Shown here: positions 26,829 to 36,558 of the stretch, piece after piece
How positions within the stretch are numbered: the stretch's first letter is position 1
How the letters are laid out: every line of letters starts with the position of its first letter
From: a virus
Taxonomy: Duplodnaviria > Caudoviricetes
DNA length: 64,000 nucleotides
IMG/VR virus record: IMGVR_UViG_3300032303_001800
Coordinates: 1-64,000 of that record
Direction: 5' to 3' (one strand)
The notes under the pieces: model-generated
The model's input: the letters and a program-made list of their open reading frames with translations, nothing else
Databases searched by the model: none
What the model was told of the DNA's origin: nothing
Program-made: the position numbers and the translations under genes

Positions 26829-27313
26829 TGGCTAGTAGTTACTTAGCATCTGCAGCCGCTTACCGCATGCACAAGCGTTATCCTGCTGGACAACAGACCG
26901 CTGCTCAGTTAAAAGCCCAACGCGAAAACCTCAAAAAAGCGCGTGCTGCACGTGGTCTTGTGCACCACACAAACAGTACTCGCTACCACGGCCTTCGTCG
27001 TTCTAGCGCAAAAAGTCGCGCCAGCAGTGCATCCGCGAGGATGTATTACGGTCGTGATTTGCGACTCAATAAACCTAGACCCCTTGGTTCAAGGTATATG
27101 ACTTTTAGGTCGACGGTACGTTTTAAACGTCCGCGCATTAACGGTATCAACAAGCGTTTCCGAAGCCGTGTTTCCCCAGGTGGTTACTACAAAAGAACCG
27201 GGTGGGGCGCATCCCGAGGACATGGTTTCCGCAAGCGCCTAGTTAAGCGTTCGCGTCGATTCCGTCAACAGTCTCACTGGAAGCAAAGGGGAAAGCGATA
27301 CACTCCGAGATAG
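26828..27313 (+). CDS. Arg/Lys-rich basic protein (putative DNA-condensing virion core protein)
   Basis: Very R/K-rich with almost no acidic residues; in the head module. Confidence 0.72.
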   Translation: MASSYLASAAAYRMHKRYPAGQQTAAQLKAQRENLKKARAARGLVHHTNSTRYHGLRRSSAKSRASSASARMYYGRDLRLNKPRPLGSRYMTFRSTVRFKRPRINGINKRFRSRVSPGGYYKRTGWGASRGHGFRKRLVKRSRRFRQQSHWKQRGKRYTPR

Positions 27314-27501
27314 CAATTTACGCACGCTCCTCTTTTGCGAACGGGTATGCGAAATACACAGATTTAGTAACCGACGAAGCCAAATCCGATTGCATTACTG
27401 CTATGCAATATGCGATTGAACACGTTGATAACGAAAACGTAATGAAAATTGTCGAGCAGATGGGCTCCCTTGCGGGACTCAAGGCATTTTCAAGTAAATA
27501 A
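27289..27501 (+). other. Putative -1 programmed frameshift extension of the Arg-rich protein
   Basis: G GGA AAG heptamer at 27289-27295; -1 frame open to TAA 27499-27501. Confidence 0.55.
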
Positions 27502-27503
27502 TA

Positions 27504-29813
27504 ATGGCTACCAATTTTTCACCTCCCGAACAAGTACGCAAGAACGCTGCACGTTCCCTGGAATTACGCAGGAAACACGGACGCGGCATGACCGCCGTCG
27601 GCGTTGCCCGCGCTCGTGACTTGTCTAATGGCAAAAACATACCTGCAGACACCATTAGGCGTATGCACTCGTATTTTGCACGACACGAAGTAGACAAGAA
27701 GGGGAAAGATTGGGCTAACCAGTCAAACCCTTCTGCTGGATATATCGCCTGGCTTGGCTGGGGCGGTGACGCAGGTCGTTCTTGGGTTAACGGGATTATT
27801 AAAAAGTTGGATGCCAAAGAATCCGAAGGGACTTTAAATATGGCTTCAACAAAGTCAGCCATTATCCGTGGCATCTTTATCCGACCCGGTGTCTCCAAGA
27901 ATCGACGCTTGTACACGCGTGAAAATATTGGCAAAGCCATTGAGCGTATGAAAACTCAATTGGCCAGTGGCGAAGGCATGCCCATCAGCATGGCTACAAG
28001 TCACGGAGCCGCATTCAACGACGATGCTCTTGCAACCGTTGGACGTATCACGCACGTTGTGCAACTCCCCGATGGCTCCGGTCAATTCGAGGCAGAGATT
28101 GCCAACACCTCCCAGGGCCGCGACATCGCAGCGCTGACAGTTGGTCGATTTATTAAGGGGGTCTCCATCCGCGGTGAGTGGATGGGAAACCTAGACACTG
28201 TTGCGCACAGCGATGGCGAAGAGGCGATGACCGCTCACGACCTGAGAATTCTCGGCGTCGACTTCACTCACAGCCCCGGCGTTGATGGCGCCGAAGTACA
28301 GTACGCTGTACTGGCCGAATCCTACACTGCAAGTCCCTACAATATTGTAGAGTCAATTGAGCAGGTAGAGGTTATCGAGCGTGATGAGTCACTCATTGCT
28401 AACGAAGCCGAAGAACTTATTCGCGCGGCGGTCGAAGATGTTGTCTCATCCATCATGGAAAAAGACTCATCTAAGCCGTACGGTAGCGTTACTTATGCGG
28501 ACCCTGGATACCAGGCCGACAAAAAGAAGCGCTACCCGGTTGATACCGCAAAGCACGTTCGCGCCGCTTGGTCATATATTAACCAAGCCGGTAACGCGTC
28601 CGTTTACAGTGCCGCTCAACTACGACGCATTAAGTCAAAGATAAAGTCCGCTGCCAAGAAATTTGGCATTGATATTCAAGAAGAATACAGTGGTCTTATC
28701 TCTGATTTGCGTGATGCTATTGAAACGCAAAACTTTTTAGACACCGCTAAGTCAAGCGAAATTGCCGCTCGCCTTGCCCACATTACCCTTATAAACGCAG
28801 ATGAAGGTCACGTAATGCTTAATGCTCGCGGAGAAGACTTAGCAACAATTCTTAGGCACGACGCCGGTCACGACGACTGGCATGCTAAGCACGGCGACCC
28901 GCCCTGCAAATCACCGGAAGACTGCGCCCGTATGGCCGCAGCCTACGAAGAAGAAGAAAATAACTTGGACATGTCAAACGAGGGTGGCATGTCCGACGAC
29001 CCAAACATGGAATGCCATGAATGCGGGACTGAGTGTCGTGACGGTGCGGCTTATTGCCACGCTTGCGGGGCAAATCTTCCCACGGAAATGCATGCAGATG
29101 TTTGTGGAAATTGTGGCGCAGAATCTATGGATAGCGCTATGTATTGCCCCACATGCGGGCACCCCGTACCACAAGCCGAGTCAACCGACGACGCTCTAAC
29201 TCAAACTAAGGAGAATGTCCAAGTGGATGAGAACATCACCGCCGCTGAGACTTCAGCCGAAGAGTCGGGGCACGCGCCCGTTGAGGCTCGAACGCTGAAC
29301 GACGCGGACCTAAAGGCACTTGCCGCGATGGTTATCGCTGGCTTGAAGCCAACCGAAAATGCCCCTGAAGCCGAAGTTGAGGCCGAAGTTGAAGCACACG
29401 CCGAAGAAGTTGAGGCTCCAGTAGCCGACGCTGAAGAGGTAGTTGCTGACGCTGAAGTTTCAAACGAGGAAGCAGAGGCCGAGACACCACAGGAGAATAC
29501 CGTGGAATCAAACCTTTTCACCGCCGAGCAAGTTGCTGCTATGATTTCCGAGGCTGCCTCTAAGGCCGCTACGGAAGCCGTTGCCGCTACGCGCAAGGAA
29601 GCCGTTGAGTCGTACCGTTCAACTGGTGGGGGCCGCAAGGGCCTCGTCAGCGGTTCTGCCGGCACCGACGCATCGGACCTATCAGAGTCCGAAATTACCT
29701 CAGAGTCATTGGCCGAGATGAACTCGTCCGATTTCCGCAAGGTCCAAGCAGAAGTTTGGGGAAACACCAACTTCTTTTCAACCAAGTTCGCTCAAGCGGA
29801 CCGCGGTTTCTAA
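27504..29813 (+). CDS. Multi-domain capsid maturation protease/scaffold
   Basis: Protease-like GVSKNRRLYT...GVSIRG...VDFTHSPG; KPYGSVTYADPG..RYPVDT (DUF6582-like); double zinc ribbon; E/A-rich scaffold tail; directly before MCP. Confidence 0.85.
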   Translation: MATNFSPPEQVRKNAARSLELRRKHGRGMTAVGVARARDLSNGKNIPADTIRRMHSYFARHEVDKKGKDWANQSNPSAGYIAWLGWGGDAGRSWVNGIIKKLDAKESEGTLNMASTKSAIIRGIFIRPGVSKNRRLYTRENIGKAIERMKTQLASGEGMPISMATSHGAAFNDDALATVGRITHVVQLPDGSGQFEAEIANTSQGRDIAALTVGRFIKGVSIRGEWMGNLDTVAHSDGEEAMTAHDLRILGVDFTHSPGVDGAEVQYAVLAESYTASPYNIVESIEQVEVIERDESLIANEAEELIRAAVEDVVSSIMEKDSSKPYGSVTYADPGYQADKKKRYPVDTAKHVRAAWSYINQAGNASVYSAAQLRRIKSKIKSAAKKFGIDIQEEYSGLISDLRDAIETQNFLDTAKSSEIAARLAHITLINADEGHVMLNARGEDLATILRHDAGHDDWHAKHGDPPCKSPEDCARMAAAYEEEENNLDMSNEGGMSDDPNMECHECGTECRDGAAYCHACGANLPTEMHADVCGNCGAESMDSAMYCPTCGHPVPQAESTDDALTQTKENVQVDENITAAETSAEESGHAPVEARTLNDADLKALAAMVIAGLKPTENAPEAEVEAEVEAHAEEVEAPVADAEEVVADAEVSNEEAEAETPQENTVESNLFTAEQVAAMISEAASKAATEAVAATRKEAVESYRSTGGGRKGLVSGSAGTDASDLSESEITSESLAEMNSSDFRKVQAEVWGNTNFFSTKFAQADRGF

Positions 29814-29849
29814 CAATCCTTCAACCCTAATTCATAGGAGAATATAATC

Positions 29850-31349
29850 ATGGCTAATGATTTGCAAGAAGCCCTGACTGCTGCGGGTGCTGCTGCACTC
29901 GTACAAAAGCAGATTGACCCAGTTTTGCTTGAGTACCAGCGTCGCTATGCGCCGCTCGTTCGCTCGCTTCCCTCGGTCAAGTGGGGCTCAACCGTTTACT
30001 ATTTCAACAAGCGTACGTCGCTGCCTTCTGGTGGTTTCGTAACCGACGGCGGTGCTCGCACTGTCTCGACCTCTAACTACGCCCAGGAGAACTTCCAGAT
30101 TCGTCTGCTCCAGAGCGTCGGTGCGGTCACCGGTTACTCACAGGCTGTTACGCAGGACCTGATTGGCGACCTCCGGGCTCGCGAAATCGAAGGTGCTGCT
30201 CGCGGTCTCTACTGGGACATCGAAAACGCCCTTATCTGGGGTAACGAAGCCGCCACCAAGAACGGCGCTTACCCGCAGTTCGACGGTCTCGACACTATCG
30301 TTGCTTCATTCACCTCTGGCTCAGCGCTTCCCGCTTGGCAGTCCGGTGGTGCTATTGACAACTACGGTGGCGCTCAGGGCGCTAACGGCTGGGGTACTGA
30401 ACTTTCATCAGCGGGCGTGCCTAACGCTTACACGCCTTGGACCGATGGTGTAGACCAGAACGCTATTGACGCGGCTGGCGCAACCCTTTCACTCGCTTAC
30501 CTCGACCAACTCATCGACATGGTTGAATCCAACGTCGCCGAGCCAATCGACAACTCCGAGTGGAACTTCGTAATGTCACCTACCGCCAACAGCAAGTTGG
30601 CCCAGTTGCTCACCAACCAGCAGCGTTTCGTTGACCAGGTTGAAGTTGCAGCCGGTTTGATTGTTCCCACCTACCGTGGCGTTCCAATCATCAAGTCGTC
30701 GTTCCTGTCACCTCGTTCCAACGTTATGGGCGCAGTGACCGCAGCAACGACCACCACCGGTGGTTCAATTGGTGCAAGCACGACGTACCACTACCGTGTG
30801 TCGGCTGTAATCGCCCGCTTCGGTGAAATTCAGGCTTCTGCCACCGTTTCACAGGCGAGCGGTTCAGGCACCTCCACGAACACCGTGGTTCTGTCCTTCT
30901 CGGTTCCTACGGGTCCTGACGGCGCTCAGCCTACGCACTACAAGGTGTACCGCGGTACGTCTTCAAGCAACCACACTCTTCTGGGTTGTGTTGACGCTTC
31001 GTTGGTTGACTCCAGCGGTTCGCTCTACAACACCATCAAGATTACTGACACTGGTGGCGCTTTGGTTCCCGGCAACGGCGCGAATGTTCCTGCCATTGCT
31101 CCTTCAGCGTACTACTACACGAACACCGGCTTGAAGCCTCTGGACGCCGGTTCACAAAGCATCTTCTTGATGTCACGTGACCCCAACTACATCGTACGTC
31201 CTTACGTTCGTGAGATGCAGCCAATCAACGTGTACCCAACCACTGCTTCGCCTGACAGCCTGCCATTCGCCTTCGTTGCGGACACCACGCTGGCAGTTCG
31301 CGGTCCCAAGTTCTTGGGCCGTCTTGCGAACATTGTTGCGGCACTGTAG
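29850..31349 (+). CDS. Major capsid protein with inserted beta-sandwich domain
   Basis: Position after scaffold, strong AGGAG RBS, biased codons; insert YHYRVSAV...HYKVYRG. Confidence 0.88.
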   Translation: MANDLQEALTAAGAAALVQKQIDPVLLEYQRRYAPLVRSLPSVKWGSTVYYFNKRTSLPSGGFVTDGGARTVSTSNYAQENFQIRLLQSVGAVTGYSQAVTQDLIGDLRAREIEGAARGLYWDIENALIWGNEAATKNGAYPQFDGLDTIVASFTSGSALPAWQSGGAIDNYGGAQGANGWGTELSSAGVPNAYTPWTDGVDQNAIDAAGATLSLAYLDQLIDMVESNVAEPIDNSEWNFVMSPTANSKLAQLLTNQQRFVDQVEVAAGLIVPTYRGVPIIKSSFLSPRSNVMGAVTAATTTTGGSIGASTTYHYRVSAVIARFGEIQASATVSQASGSGTSTNTVVLSFSVPTGPDGAQPTHYKVYRGTSSSNHTLLGCVDASLVDSSGSLYNTIKITDTGGALVPGNGANVPAIAPSAYYYTNTGLKPLDAGSQSIFLMSRDPNYIVRPYVREMQPINVYPTTASPDSLPFAFVADTTLAVRGPKFLGRLANIVAAL

Positions 31350-31391
31350 TAATTGCTGTAAATTCGCTGCAAAATAATTTGTAGCCCCGTT

Positions 31392-31441
31392 CAGATGGGG
31401 GTGGGTGGTTCCCTCGTTCCTCCCCACCCGCCCCCCATCTG
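31392..31441 (+). terminator. GC-rich hairpin after the capsid gene
   Basis: CAGATGGGGGTGGG...CCCGCCCCCCATCTG inverted repeat. Confidence 0.55.
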
Positions 31442-31465
31442 TCTTAAGATTTGAAAGGCTTTACT

Positions 31466-31753
31466 ATGGGCGTTTTCCTCGCCAAAACAGAAGTCAATGG
31501 TGAGACCACCATTGCAGGCGTTGCGTGGACTAAGGCTGGCGCTGAAGGCGCTCAAGAGGTACACCCTCGCCTTGCACACGAATTAATGCTTATCTCCGGC
31601 GACCACTTCTTCGTCGTTGAAGCCCCTGCCAAGAAGGCAAAGGCTGAAGAGCCCAAGGTTGAAGAACCCGAGGCAGAAGAGGCACCAGTCGAAGAGACTG
31701 TTGTTGCTGAAGAAAAGCCAGCCCCCAAGCGTCGCACAACCCCCAAGGAGTAG
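31466..31753 (+). CDS. Hypothetical virion-associated protein with E/P/K-rich tail
   Basis: GAAAGG RBS; position after MCP. Confidence 0.72.
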   Translation: MGVFLAKTEVNGETTIAGVAWTKAGAEGAQEVHPRLAHELMLISGDHFFVVEAPAKKAKAEEPKVEEPEAEEAPVEETVVAEEKPAPKRRTTPKE

Positions 31754-31756
31754 CCA

Positions 31757-32443
31757 ATGACCAAGCCGGTGTCTCAATACAATGACCCGGTAGCATTGGC
31801 CACGGTCGAGGACTTTAAACGTCGCTACCCCGAGTTGACTGTTAATATCGACGACAGTCTCATTGCGGACATCTTGGTTGAGGCTACGTCTCACCTTGAA
31901 GACCGCACCGGTCGCCGTCTTGCCCCGTTCACAGGGCACATCTACGAAGACCGACTTTTCGGCATTGACCCATCTGAGTATGGTAATAATGCCGACCTTC
32001 CAGTTGACATCTATGCGTCACTGGGAATGTCATTTTCTATTGCACTTGGTTCTTCCAACCTTGTGCGCCATTTTTGGCTGGACCAGTTCGCGCCGGTATA
32101 CCCGGAGTTGTGGACATACGACATCCAGTCAATTACGCTTTACCGTACCTACGGCGACTACCAGCCAATTGACTTCCGCAATGGCGGAATCCGTGGCCCT
32201 TCTATTACCGACGGTCACTGCTGGCTCCGTTTGGGTACTTTTGCTCCCGAAGGCTCTCGAGTCCGCGTTGTTTACAATGGCGGATACACAAACGGCATTC
32301 CGCCCTCGTTGCGGCGTGCCTGTCTTTTTATGGCAGCAAAGTTCATTATTCTTGAATTTGAACCTCAGTTGCGCGCATCTATGGACTTAAAGGAGATAGA
32401 CGAGCAGGTTGATAACCTAATCGCCTCCTGGATTCGAGGCTAA
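31757..32443 (+). CDS. Head-to-tail adaptor
   Basis: ALATVEDFK N-terminus, VRVVYNGGY..IPPSLRRACL C-terminus. Confidence 0.8.
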   Translation: MTKPVSQYNDPVALATVEDFKRRYPELTVNIDDSLIADILVEATSHLEDRTGRRLAPFTGHIYEDRLFGIDPSEYGNNADLPVDIYASLGMSFSIALGSSNLVRHFWLDQFAPVYPELWTYDIQSITLYRTYGDYQPIDFRNGGIRGPSITDGHCWLRLGTFAPEGSRVRVVYNGGYTNGIPPSLRRACLFMAAKFIILEFEPQLRASMDLKEIDEQVDNLIASWIRG

Positions 32444-32445
32444 AC

Positions 32446-33954
32446 ATGGCCACATCCCGCAAACCCACTGGGTCAAAATCTACCCAGCCGCGGTTATCTA
32501 ATGGTCGATTTGCGTCCAACAAAAAGGTAACCCCCAAAAAGGTCGCTGCTAAAAAAGCAGCGCCTAAAAAGGTTCAGGCCAAAAGAGCGCCTACTAAAAA
32601 AACTGCCGCTGCGCGCGTGGCTTCTTCATCCAAGTCTCTCTCTAAGAGGTCAGCGCCTAAAAAGGCAGCACCCAAAAAGGCCGCTGTTAAAAAGGCTGTT
32701 GCTAAAAAGGCCGCGCCTAAAAAGAAGGCCCCTATTAAAAGGGCTCCAATAGCGCGTGCGTCAGTTAAGCGTAAAATGGACCCAAGTATGGTCCCGCAGT
32801 CAAAAGACTTTAAAAGTTCCGTTGTCACAGACAATGGCGGTCTTTCGTACTACTTAGAGTTGGTTTACCAACGTGCCAAGACTCCGCAGGTGCTTTATAA
32901 GCAGATTGCGGCAGAGTTTGCCAACATGTTGGCTGAGCGTTTTAAAAACTCCGGCCCTGCCCCTTCATACGGGGTTAAGGGTAAGTGGAAGGCGCTTAGT
33001 ACTAACACCTATGGCGCAACAAGTGCAGGCCGTCGCCCGTTAAACCGTTACGGTCATTTATATCATGCTGCTACGCACCCAAAGATTGCCTTTTTAGGCG
33101 GCATGGGTATGACTATTGAAATTGACCCGCGTAATGCTAAACCGGCTCCCGGAAGTGCTTATTCGCGAGGCCAAAATTATGCTACTTTCCATCAAACCGG
33201 AAGCGGCAGTACGCCTAAACGTGAAATTGTCCCAAAGATTGTACCAGGAAGCGGCTTTGGCCTGCTTGTTGGCCAAATGGCCAAGAACTACTTTATACCC
33301 AGTAAACGGCAGGCTAAATTGCCTTCCGAAAGGGGTCATAGAGTAGAGCACGCTCCACCCAGCAGTCGTGCACTTCAGCAAAAACGTCAAGCAAGAACTC
33401 GCCGCGATAAACGTAGTGCTGAGATTAAGTCTGAAAAATTTGCTCGCCAGCAACGTTCGGCTGAACGCTCCAAGGTTGCCAAAGCCCGTCGTGATGACAT
33501 GGCCATTAAGCAGGCTCAAAAACTTGAAGACCGCCTAGCCAAGCAGGCCGCTCGAGAGCGGATAGCCGAATCTAAGAAGAAAATCGGCACTGCTAAGACT
33601 ATGGACCGAAGTACCTATATGGGTATGGACGCCAAGGCTAAGGCTAAAAAGGTCGAAGAAGCGGCAATTGCCAAAGAGGCTAGTTTTGCTGAACATGTTT
33701 TTGAGTCAGATGCAAAGGTCCGTTTTGCTAAGCACATGGGCCGCGTCGACGCAAAGATAACGACCAAAGAACACTTGGCTAAAGTTCAACATTTTAATAC
33801 CCACGATACCAAGTATCGTAAAGCGGCGATTGAAACCCACCCGGCTGAATACGTACCACCAGGTACTAGGATGCCACTTGGTGAATATAAAAAATACCGA
33901 GGTCTGGCTAAAAACTGGGCACGTCGCGAAACGTTTGACCGTGGTCGTGGGTAA
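32446..33954 (+). CDS. Neck/virion morphogenesis protein fused to histone-H1-like PKKAA repeats
   Basis: N-terminal AKP-rich repeats; central YATFHQTG..TPKREI resembles Mu gpG-type motif; basic coiled C-terminus. Confidence 0.65.
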   Translation: MATSRKPTGSKSTQPRLSNGRFASNKKVTPKKVAAKKAAPKKVQAKRAPTKKTAAARVASSSKSLSKRSAPKKAAPKKAAVKKAVAKKAAPKKKAPIKRAPIARASVKRKMDPSMVPQSKDFKSSVVTDNGGLSYYLELVYQRAKTPQVLYKQIAAEFANMLAERFKNSGPAPSYGVKGKWKALSTNTYGATSAGRRPLNRYGHLYHAATHPKIAFLGGMGMTIEIDPRNAKPAPGSAYSRGQNYATFHQTGSGSTPKREIVPKIVPGSGFGLLVGQMAKNYFIPSKRQAKLPSERGHRVEHAPPSSRALQQKRQARTRRDKRSAEIKSEKFARQQRSAERSKVAKARRDDMAIKQAQKLEDRLAKQAARERIAESKKKIGTAKTMDRSTYMGMDAKAKAKKVEEAAIAKEASFAEHVFESDAKVRFAKHMGRVDAKITTKEHLAKVQHFNTHDTKYRKAAIETHPAEYVPPGTRMPLGEYKKYRGLAKNWARRETFDRGRG

Positions 33955-33973
33955 TTGAACAACGAGGATTCTT

Positions 33974-34639
33974 ATGGCTAGAGCATGGTGGACAGACTGG
34001 AACTTATCGTATCTCGATGATGCTTTTGGCCCCCTTTACGGTGGACATTCAGTCCAAGAGGCTTTTTACAAGACACTCGAGAAGAATCTTCCGGCTTACG
34101 TCGAACAATTTAATCGCAACCTCGGTTCCGAAGTCTTGATGCTCCCATATGAGTATCGGCATCGACCCGAGTACCGCACTCTTCCTAAGGTTGCCGCCGC
34201 GGCAGTCTTGGTAGAAGTGCCATCTACTACAGGCCACCCAGAAACCTACCAGTCCGGTATTCGTACCAACTGGATGGTTGAAGTCATAGTTTACGTTTAC
34301 GGAACTCAGGACTGGCAAGAGACTCAGGCTTTGACGCAAGCGTACGCTGCATGTGTACGCGCTTGCATTATCCAAAACCGAGGCCTCGGTGGTCTTGCAG
34401 AAACTACCATCTGGGATGGTGAGCAGTACCTCGAAGGCGAACACAGTGGTACACGTACCACTGGAATAGCCCACATTAGTTTTACCGTCACGGTTGGAAA
34501 CGCCATGAACATGAACGGCGGACTGCCATTGCCTCAATTTGCACCAACAGGTGCGGTTGTGGCTCCTTCTACGCAGCCAGCAACTCAAGTTCCACGCGTG
34601 ACCAACCCCAACGTAACAATCATTAAGGAACAATTGTGA
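33974..34639 (+). CDS. Tail terminator/completion protein
   Basis: Position before sheath; 221 aa alpha/beta. Confidence 0.6.
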   Translation: MARAWWTDWNLSYLDDAFGPLYGGHSVQEAFYKTLEKNLPAYVEQFNRNLGSEVLMLPYEYRHRPEYRTLPKVAAAAVLVEVPSTTGHPETYQSGIRTNWMVEVIVYVYGTQDWQETQALTQAYAACVRACIIQNRGLGGLAETTIWDGEQYLEGEHSGTRTTGIAHISFTVTVGNAMNMNGGLPLPQFAPTGAVVAPSTQPATQVPRVTNPNVTIIKEQL

Positions 34640-34899
34640 GTAAGAAAGTCACAGTTGTCGTGCAGTGCGCCCATGTGCTGCAAGACATCGATGGCAATTT
34701 AATGAACCAGTGGGAATACCACGTGGTAGAGTTAAACGAGCACATCGAACAATATATTTCTGATGGTCATTTGATTGTCTTAGATTCCGAGGAAGAGGTT
34801 GAAGAAACCCCGGCCGAGGATGAAGTCAAGAAGACGACCCCCGTAACCAATAAATCCAACAAGCAGGCAACTGCTTCTGTTCAACAGGAGAACGTATAA
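34636..34899 (+). CDS. Hypothetical protein
   Basis: 87 aa, AAGGA RBS, coupled to sheath. Confidence 0.65.
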   Translation: MSKKVTVVVQCAHVLQDIDGNLMNQWEYHVVELNEHIEQYISDGHLIVLDSEEEVEETPAEDEVKKTTPVTNKSNKQATASVQQENV

Positions 34900-36539
34900 T
34901 GGCTAGTTCAGCCCCCGGCGTTAACATCACCGTCAGCGCCTCCGCCGCAAGCCCCCGTAGCGTAAGCCCTACCGGTGTCTGGTTCGTAGCCGGCACCGCC
35001 AATGGTCCCTCTGGTATTGCCGTTCCGATTACTTCGATGAGCGACTTTACCACGTACTTTGGAGCCGTTGTCAACTCTCAGTTGACTGGCCGCTACTCAA
35101 TTGCTGCGTCAATCGCTTCCGGTGGTACTGCATTCAATATCACCAGCAACACCCTGTACGATTCACTGGACCTTTTCTTCCGCGAAGGCGGAGTTCAGGC
35201 CTACGTAAGCCGTATGGTTTCTTCAACCGCTACCAACGTCCAGAACGCCAAGGCGACCATTACTAGCGGTAAGATTACTCTTACGGCTATCAGCGGTGGT
35301 TCGTGGGCTAACGTTCCTGGTACGCTTCCCTCGAGTGGACCGGTTCCCGGCCTTCGTCTTACCGTTTCCGCGCCAGTTAACAGCGTCTACTACGCAAGCA
35401 TTGCATTAAACGGCACCACCATTGCCAACTCACCCGGATTGGGTAACGAGCAGGACATTGTTAACTGGGTTAACTCACTGCCTGCCTACCAGTCCCTCTG
35501 CGTTGCAACTTTTGTCTCTGGCGGTACCTCAAACATCTCAAGTGGTGTAACAATTTCGCTGGCTGCTGGTACGGACTTTGCACCAGTTGACGCCGACCTC
35601 AACCTCACCCTCTCCGTGTTTACAGCGGACCTTGGCGTTGGCCAGATGTCGTACCCCGGTGGTACCTCAACTGCCAACTATTCAATGTTGACTGCCTATT
35701 CTCAGTTGACAAACCGAATCGCCGTTCTTGACGCTGTCGACACGGCAACTGCTTCAACGATGACCACTGCGGTCAACGCTCTGGCCACCACTTTGGGCTC
35801 TGTTACAACGCTCCTTGGTGCTGTAAATCAGATTGACGCATCGTACGCTGGTATGTACGCTCCCTGGATGAAGGTTCCTGGAATCACCCAGACCAACCCC
35901 AACCAGGTTACCGGACTTGTTTTTCAGCGCACTGTTCCTCCCTCCGCCTTGGCCGCTGCCAAGATGGCTCAGAACGACCAGGCCAATGACTGCAACGTCC
36001 CTGCCGCCGGTGTCGGTCCAGGTGCTTCGTTCTACGCTACGGGTGTTACCCAGACGTACAACGATACGGACCGTGCAAGCCTGAATAATGGTGGTGTCAA
36101 CGTCGTCCGTCTTATCCCGAACGTCAACCAGATTGTTATCTACGGCTCACGCTCTTGCTCAAGCGACGCCAACTGGGTCTACCTGAACAACTGCCGTTTC
36201 CGTATGCAGGTTATCCGTGAACTCGACCTTATTGCCGAAAACTTCACGTTTGACCAAATTGACGGTCGCGGACAAATCTTTGCTCGACTGAATGGCGCCC
36301 TTGCCGGACAGTTGCAGACCTACTGGATTCGCCGTAGCATCTACGGCGCCAACCCAAGCGACGCGTTCCAGGTTAACACTGGCACCACTGTCAACACCCC
36401 AGCAACTATTGCTGCAGGTCAGATGAACGCTCAGGTCGGTCTCCGTATGTCCCCATTTGGTGAATTCGTCAACGTCAGCGTCACTAAGTACGCTACGAAC
36501 GCGTCTCTGCCTAACTACACCAACAACTTCGTACTCTAG
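34899..36539 (+). CDS. Tail sheath protein
   Basis: APGVNI N-terminus; YAPW, VPPS..AA, LNNGGVNVVR, IYGSRS, YLNNCR sheath C-terminal motifs. Confidence 0.92.
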   Translation: MASSAPGVNITVSASAASPRSVSPTGVWFVAGTANGPSGIAVPITSMSDFTTYFGAVVNSQLTGRYSIAASIASGGTAFNITSNTLYDSLDLFFREGGVQAYVSRMVSSTATNVQNAKATITSGKITLTAISGGSWANVPGTLPSSGPVPGLRLTVSAPVNSVYYASIALNGTTIANSPGLGNEQDIVNWVNSLPAYQSLCVATFVSGGTSNISSGVTISLAAGTDFAPVDADLNLTLSVFTADLGVGQMSYPGGTSTANYSMLTAYSQLTNRIAVLDAVDTATASTMTTAVNALATTLGSVTTLLGAVNQIDASYAGMYAPWMKVPGITQTNPNQVTGLVFQRTVPPSALAAAKMAQNDQANDCNVPAAGVGPGASFYATGVTQTYNDTDRASLNNGGVNVVRLIPNVNQIVIYGSRSCSSDANWVYLNNCRFRMQVIRELDLIAENFTFDQIDGRGQIFARLNGALAGQLQTYWIRRSIYGANPSDAFQVNTGTTVNTPATIAAGQMNAQVGLRMSPFGEFVNVSVTKYATNASLPNYTNNFVL

Positions 36540-36558
36540 TACCCGACAAGGAAAATAA

